From the NCBI GenBank assembly GCA_013239625.1, contig MU054338.1:3495371-3559370 (forward strand): a stretch of DNA of 64,000 nt, in the 5' to 3' direction. The notes under the pieces are model-generated. The model searched no databases. It had not been told where the DNA came from and was given only the letters and a program-made list of their open reading frames with translations. Source of the DNA: Lama guanicoe. Its lineage: Eukaryota. A program made the position numbers and the translations under genes. Shown one piece after another: positions 58,536-64,000 of the stretch. Each line of letters starts with the position of its first letter. Position 1 is the first letter of the stretch.

Positions 58536-59069
58536 AGGAGTGACCAGCCCACTCCCAGCCGGGAACAGGGGGGCAAAGCCTTGGAGGCAGAATTTGCAGT
58601 TAGAAATTGTGAGTCCCAAGTGTCTGGTGTGGGACCCCAGCCTTCTCCCTTTTTTCTGGGGAGGGGTTCACATCTGACGGTTCAAACAACAGAGACCCCA
58701 TCTCCAGCACCGTGACAGCCACTCTGAGTTCTGCTGTCCACGTGCCCCCTCCCCATGAGAGCTGGCAACAGCCTCCTGGCCAAGAACAAGGATCCTCTTT
58801 CAGCCCCAGCTGCACCGTGCTGCCTCCCCGTCCGAGGCAGCCCAGACGTCATCCCTGCGGCAGACAAACCCTGCTGGATGCTGGGGAAGGCCCGGAACAT
58901 CTGGGCTGCCTGCTGCCGGCAGCTGGTGGCAGCCGGGATGCCACACGGTGAGGTGACATCTCTGGGAGGCTGGGTGGCCCTGAGTCGCCTCCTGGTCCCA
59001 CCATCTGTCTGCGGCCAAAAATTGTCTGAAGATTTCTCTGGGCCAGGGAGGAAAGGGCCCCCAAACTGA

Positions 59070-59450
59070 CTGTTGTCCCTAATCCTTTCAACCTCTCCCT
59101 CCTCATTTTATTCCATCCCTGAATCCAAGCACTTCGCTCCTTCCCACTTCCAATGCCGCTGCCTGGGTCAGGCTGCCATCACCGCTTGCCTGGACTACTG
59201 CAATAGGACTTCTCGGGTTTGGTCCCGGCTGCTTCCCTGCCCTCACTTCCTCTCACTCTGTTCCAGCCACACCGGGCCCCCTGCTGGTCTTTGAACACAC
59301 CAGGTGTGGTCCAGCCTCAGGGGTTTTGCCCAAGCTCTTCTCTCTGCTTGGAACATCCTTCTCCCCAGATCTCTCCATGGCTAGCTCCCCCTCATTCTCC
59401 AAGTCCTTGTTCAAATGTCACCGCCTCCAAGAAGCCCTCCTGACTTCCCT
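59070..59450 (+). mobile_element. L2 fragment
   Basis: CCTGGACTACTGCAATAG...CTCACTCTGTTCCAGCCACAC...TTCAAATGTCACC...GAAGCCCTCCTGAC. Confidence 0.75.
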
Positions 59451-59459
59451 TGCATAGTC

Positions 59460-59808
59460 CATCTTAGTCCGTTTGGGCTGCTATAACAGAATGCCATCGA
59501 CTGGGTGGCTTATAAACAAGACATTTACTTCTCACAGTTCTGGGAGCTGCAAGTCCAAGATCAAGATGCTGGCAGATCTTGTGTTTGCTGAGGACATGCT
59601 TCCTGGTCCATAGACAGCCATCTTCTCACCATGTCCTCATGGCAGAGGGAGCCCTCTGGGGTCTCTTTTATAAGGGCACGAGTCCCATCCCTGAGGGCTC
59701 CACCTTCATGAATCACCCCCAACGGCCCGCCTCCCAGTACCACCATCACACTGGGCACCAGCATCAGCACCTGAATTTGGAGAGGACATGAACGTCCTGT
59801 CCACAGCA
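59460..59808 (-). mobile_element. MLT1A-type (ERVL-MaLR) solo LTR
   Basis: TCTTAGTCCGTTTGGGCTGCTATAACAGAATGCCAT...CTCACAGTTCTGG...AAGTCCAAGATCAAG...CTTTTATAAGGGCAC...TGAATTTGG...CCACAGCA. Confidence 0.9.
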
Positions 59809-60469
59809 ATCTCCACGTCCTCCCTGACCCCATCTCTTCCACTCTTCTGCCTGCTACATGAGTCAGCTCCTCTCTGCCTGGAACGCTTCTCTCTTTGCCT
59901 GGCAAATTCCTGCTCATGTTCTTAGTTCCAGCGTTTTCCAGTCTCCCAGCCCCCCAGGTCTCCTCCCTGGACCCCCTTGACCCCAAGGGGTTGGCTGAGT
60001 CTGCATCCCTGCCATCCTGTGGTCCCTTGAGGACCTCTCAGCACGGGGCTGGACACACAGGGGTTATCATAAAACATCTGCTGTCCTGTCACTTTTCCTC
60101 CTCAGACCTCCTCTTGGCCTAGCTTCCCTTCCAGAATTTCCATGATCAGAGAGTCAGCTACAGCATCTGTTTGGAAGGCACGGACTGGTTTAGGGTCTGA
60201 GGGGACTGCCTGGAAGCTAAGCTTGCAGAGTGCATGCACTCCTTAAACTTAGGCTGTCAGTGCCTTTGGGGGTGGCTGCGTGGTCCCTGCTGGCGATCTG
60301 AGAAGGGCCCGATGCCCCCAGACCTCCGTTTGGCAGTGCGCCTCTCGCCCTCTGGCTATCCAAGGCCCTAGCTCCTTGCTGGCACCTCCTTCTTAGTCCC
60401 AGACCCTTGCCTCCATCACCAACGGCAGATGTCACCTTGGGACAGTCTATCACATTGTCAGAGGCATCA

Positions 60470-60725
60470 AAGAGCCTAGTGGCGAAAATTGTTGACCCCG
60501 GAGTCACGTGGCCCAAGTTCAAGTCCCAGGTTGCCCCTTGCGTTTATTCTGTGTAACCTTGGGAAAAGCATTAGCGCTCTCTGAGCCTCAGTTTCCCCAT
60601 CTCTAAAACGGGGGGATTGGTAACTTCACCTTGCTAGAAGGATCAAATGAGTTTCTACGCCGCTTGTTTCTAAAACAGGGCTGGGCGCACGGGAATCACC
60701 CTACGAAGTGTGTTAGCTGCTGTTA
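60470..60725 (+). mobile_element. MIR SINE
   Basis: CTGTGTAACCTTGGG...CTCTCTGAGCCTCAGTTTCCCCATCTCTAAAACGGGG...GGATCAAATGAG. Confidence 0.8.
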
Positions 60726-62809
60726 CTATTACTATTACTTTTATTTTTTCAGTCCCCCCTGGCCCAGCCCCAGCCGTGCTCTCCCCTGCTCCCGAGTGCA
60801 GGGTCCTGGCCCCTCGTCCCCACTCTGTGCGGAGCAGCCACCACTGCGGAGAGAAGATCCTAGAAGGGGGCGGGGCTTCCCGGTGGCTCCACTCAGCGCC
60901 ACATGTGCAGAGCGAGCCCAGTGCGTTGACTTAGGACAGAGCTGTTTGTTGGGGGCTTTGGGGTTAGCGGGGAGGGGCCAAAGGCCCCAGCCCCACCCAG
61001 GTGACTCCTGGCACTCTCAGCAGAGCCGCGGCAAGGGCGTTAAAAATCAAGATCTCACAGGCGACAGCCCCTTCACATGCCTGGGGACCTTGAAGAAATC
61101 CAGTTCCAGCCCCTAGCAGTGACCCTAGGAGTGACCTTTACCTGCAGGCTCAGCCAACCAATGAAGAAGCCCGCTGCGGGTGCCTGGAAACCGTTTCCAT
61201 GACACCCAGGAGCCGTGGTCCCTGGAAGGGCTTGGTCCGAGGGTGAGGGGCTGGCGGGTGGGGGTGGGGGGAAATGCTTACTCGGTAACCATGGCAGCGC
61301 CAGCAGCCGCGGGAGGCAGGCCCAGCTGGCACGGAGGCGCCTACCACCCAGATCCCAGTGCTGCCGCCCCGGGGCTCTCCTCCTGGCTCAGACGGGGAGA
61401 CTGAGGCCCACAGAGGCCCGTCATCCGCTCCAGATTGCCCTTCTGAGCTGAAAGTCTCACCCTGCCTGTGCCAGCGTGAGAGGCCCTCATGAGAAAGGGT
61501 GGGGCCTTAGGAGACAAAGCAAAGACCCTGCAGGCTTGGCCAAAGGGCAACCCAGGAGGGCTTCCTGAAAGAGGTGAACATTTCCTAAGCTTCATCGGTA
61601 ATGGTTGTTGCCACATCTGTACTCTACCTGTTCCACGATTTATTTAATATCTGCCTTCCACTGACTCATGTCTTCTCAAGTAAGTATACTTAAAACCAAA
61701 GTCTCTGCTTCCCTACTGCAAATGGAACGCTGGTTGCACCTGCCACAAATAGAAGGTGGGTGGCAAAACACACGTGGGAACAAAACATGGTTATTCCATC
61801 TAGCAAGGTGTCACTGCCCACCCAAGGCTGGGAACCCGCAGCCCGCTCTCGCTTTGCATACAAGAGGATGAGTGAGAGAAAAGGGTTAAAAATCCCTGAG
61901 TTCCCAGCAAAGAAGCTCCTTTACATCGTAAAGGTAATGGAGGTTTGGAAAGGGACTCGTTTCCCGCCATGTGAGTTGACGCTATTTATTTAATAATCTA
62001 GAGTCACTTTGGGCCCCTGCATGGAGAGGAATCCTGGCCTACAGCATGTGCATTTGGGTAGGTGGAGAGGAAGGGTGTTCTAGGCAGGGGGCACAGCATA
62101 GGCAAAGGCTCAGAGGAAGGAAAGGTGCAGCTGTGAGAGATTTTCTCCCCAGGCTGGAAGGAACAGAGCTTTCTGGTCTCTCTGATGTTTCCCAATGGAG
62201 AAGTAGGGGTGGGGTAAGCAAATGAGCAATGACGTCCAAGTAGGAGCGGGCTTGGGGCTCTGGGTTCTGAAAGAGTACAACATGGGGCTTCTGGGAGGAG
62301 GAAGTGTTATGTGGATGGTGATTCCAGGAAGCAGCAGAAAGGGAGAGGAGATGGAGACTGGCAAGGGAAGAAGCCAATATGGGGACATCAATGAGCAGTA
62401 GCTGATGTGAGCATCTGGAGTCCAGTCCTACTGGGGGCCTCTGGAAGACTGCAGAGCAAGCCTCAGAATTGTCACATTCATTTTTAAAGGCTCTGACTAG
62501 TCCTGCAGAAGACATACCTGTTGAACAGATGAGCTTGAACATAAACTCTTCACCCCAACGATTTTGGGGACATATTTTTTTGAAGTGTTGCATGATACTA
62601 CTGCCTTTCTTGGGTTTCTCTTATATCTAGGCTGTGACAGGAGAGAGACAGAGAAGGCTTAACCAAAGTAACAATAAAATAAAATTAATAATCATTATTA
62701 TTCTTTTCCCAAGAGGTCAGGTACTAGCTTATGTGTCTGTTATCTAAAGCCTAGTTATCTTCTTTCAGGTACGGCTGGATCCAGGAGCTAAAATGATGCT
62801 CCTGATGCT

Positions 62810-62970
62810 ATTTTTAAAATATATGCCTCCACTGAGACATTACTGACATTAAATAGGCAAAAGTGTACAATTTGATGGGTTATGACATATGTATATGCCC
62901 ATGAAATCATCACCACAATCAAGATAATAAATATATCATCCTCCCAGATTTCTTTCTGCCCTTTTATAAC
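62810..62970 (-). mobile_element. L1M 3' end fragment
   Basis: AAAGTGTACAATTTGATG...CCCATGAAATCATCACCACAATCAAGATAATAAATAT. Confidence 0.7.
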
Positions 62971-63099
62971 GTCTGCCCAACACATGAAGAAAGCCTGACA
63001 CTGTGACAAGGCATGGAGTTTGAGAGATGAAACCTGGTGCTTCGATCAAGGCTCTGTTTTGGTTGTTAACAATGGATATTAAACAGGTCTGGGGTGGGG

Positions 63100-63430
63100 G
63101 GAACATATAAACAGTTTCCAACAACTGCAAATTCCAGGGTCCAGCTTCAGGCGTAGCTGGATCCAGGAACTGAGCTGACGTTATTGGAAGTCTCTTCCAG
63201 TGTCTCGGTTTGGCTCTCCTCTGGGTGGGCATCATTCCCAGTCAGACTCCCCATTCATAGAGTCAAAAGAGGCCCCCAAGCTCCAGGCTTATTTCTCTTG
63301 CCAGTCAGCCAGGCAAGCAGAAATGGAAACCCTCCTGCCTATTGGTTCCAGCAAAGCCCGGGGCTCATTCTGATTGGCTTGGCTCAGGTCATTTGGCCAT
63401 GTCTGAACCAGTCACTGAGGGGTGTGACAT
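63100..63430. mobile_element. Old MLT1 (K/L-type) LTR fragment
   Basis: CTTCAGGCGTAGCTGGATCCAGG...TTCTGATTGGCTTGGCTCAGGTCA...TGAACCAGTCACTG; the related motif also occurs at ~62764-62788 and ~1369-1390. Confidence 0.6.
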
Positions 63431-64000
63431 TCCCACAGACCAGCTCAGGGTCACCCTAAAGCAAGAAGTCTGTCAGGATGGGGTCGGGCTGGGAGTGGGG
63501 AGCAAGGCTTCCCCCAGTGTAGAGCCAGTTGTCACCCACAGCATCTGAATTGGTCCAAACAGTCTGAGTTTAAATCTTTGGCTCACCATAATAGGCTGTG
63601 TTACACTGGGAAAATGGCTTGTCCTCTCTGGAAGTCTGTTGCTTCACCCACAAAAAGAAGCATATGGGGAGCCTGGGAATGAGTCCTTGAGACGTGGGGC
63701 TGTGACATGCCTGGAACGCCCAGGAGCCTGGGGAGGGCCCTGCCTCCCTCCCACCTCTGTCCTGGGATGCCACGGCCCCAGTTACTGAGTCCTTACTATA
63801 CGCCAGGCCTTACCACCTGGGTCCACACCAGGGCCACCCCAGTCTCAGCTCATCCTGGAGTAAAATTTATAAGCAACATAACCGACCTACACAGGTAATT
63901 TCGAAAAACATAACTTGCTACTTTTATAATATAAAGCAGAAATGAAAAGAATATTCTTTATAATAAAATTCTATGTATCTCAATAGGTAAATGATCCAGT

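Noticed and set aside
58755..59069. Possible exon with donor ACG|GTGAG near 58947
   Set aside because: No recognisable protein (not ZNRF4- or TINCR-like as I recall them) and no partner exons identified.
244..63898. The several hundred six-frame ORFs as protein-coding genes
   Set aside because: Short, overlapping on both strands, many starting at GTG/TTG, rich in Pro/Gly/Ser/Arg as expected from GC-rich DNA, and many inside L2/MIR/L1 repeats; no recognisable domains except L1 ORF2.
1..64000. CRISPR array, operon or other prokaryotic system
   Set aside because: No regularly spaced repeat-spacer structure or gene-dense organisation; the recurring motifs are mammalian interspersed repeats.

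Overview
Mammalian, not prokaryotic, DNA: GC-rich, repeat-laden and essentially non-coding. A tRNA-derived vic-1-type SINE suggests a camelid (alpaca/llama/camel). The anchor is a CpG island at ~25.2-26.7 kb containing a minus-strand, non-coding first exon (~26450-26330, donor CAG|GTAAAG) that closely matches my recollection of the PTPRS 5'UTR. On that reading, 1-26329 is PTPRS intron 1 (the start-codon exon lies left of the window) and 26.7-64 kb is upstream intergenic DNA. The rest is mostly old interspersed repeats (L2, MIR, L1M, MLT1, hAT MITEs), microsatellites and motif-dense repeat-free patches that may be enhancers. I recognise no intact known protein-coding exon, and the ORF track looks like noise apart from L1 ORF2 remnants. 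Best leads: (i) dispersed ancient L2 and L1MB copies share long exact, non-consensus tracts, suggesting local homogenisation; (ii) a candidate spliced, intronically polyadenylated short PTPRS isoform (156-nt exon plus terminal exon with AATAAA) that could extend the exon-1 uORF to 72 aa; (iii) an inverted L1MB pair; (iv) two young TSD-flanked insertions. Repeat family names and the gene call come from memory of consensus sequences, not a search. Repeat boundaries are approximate.
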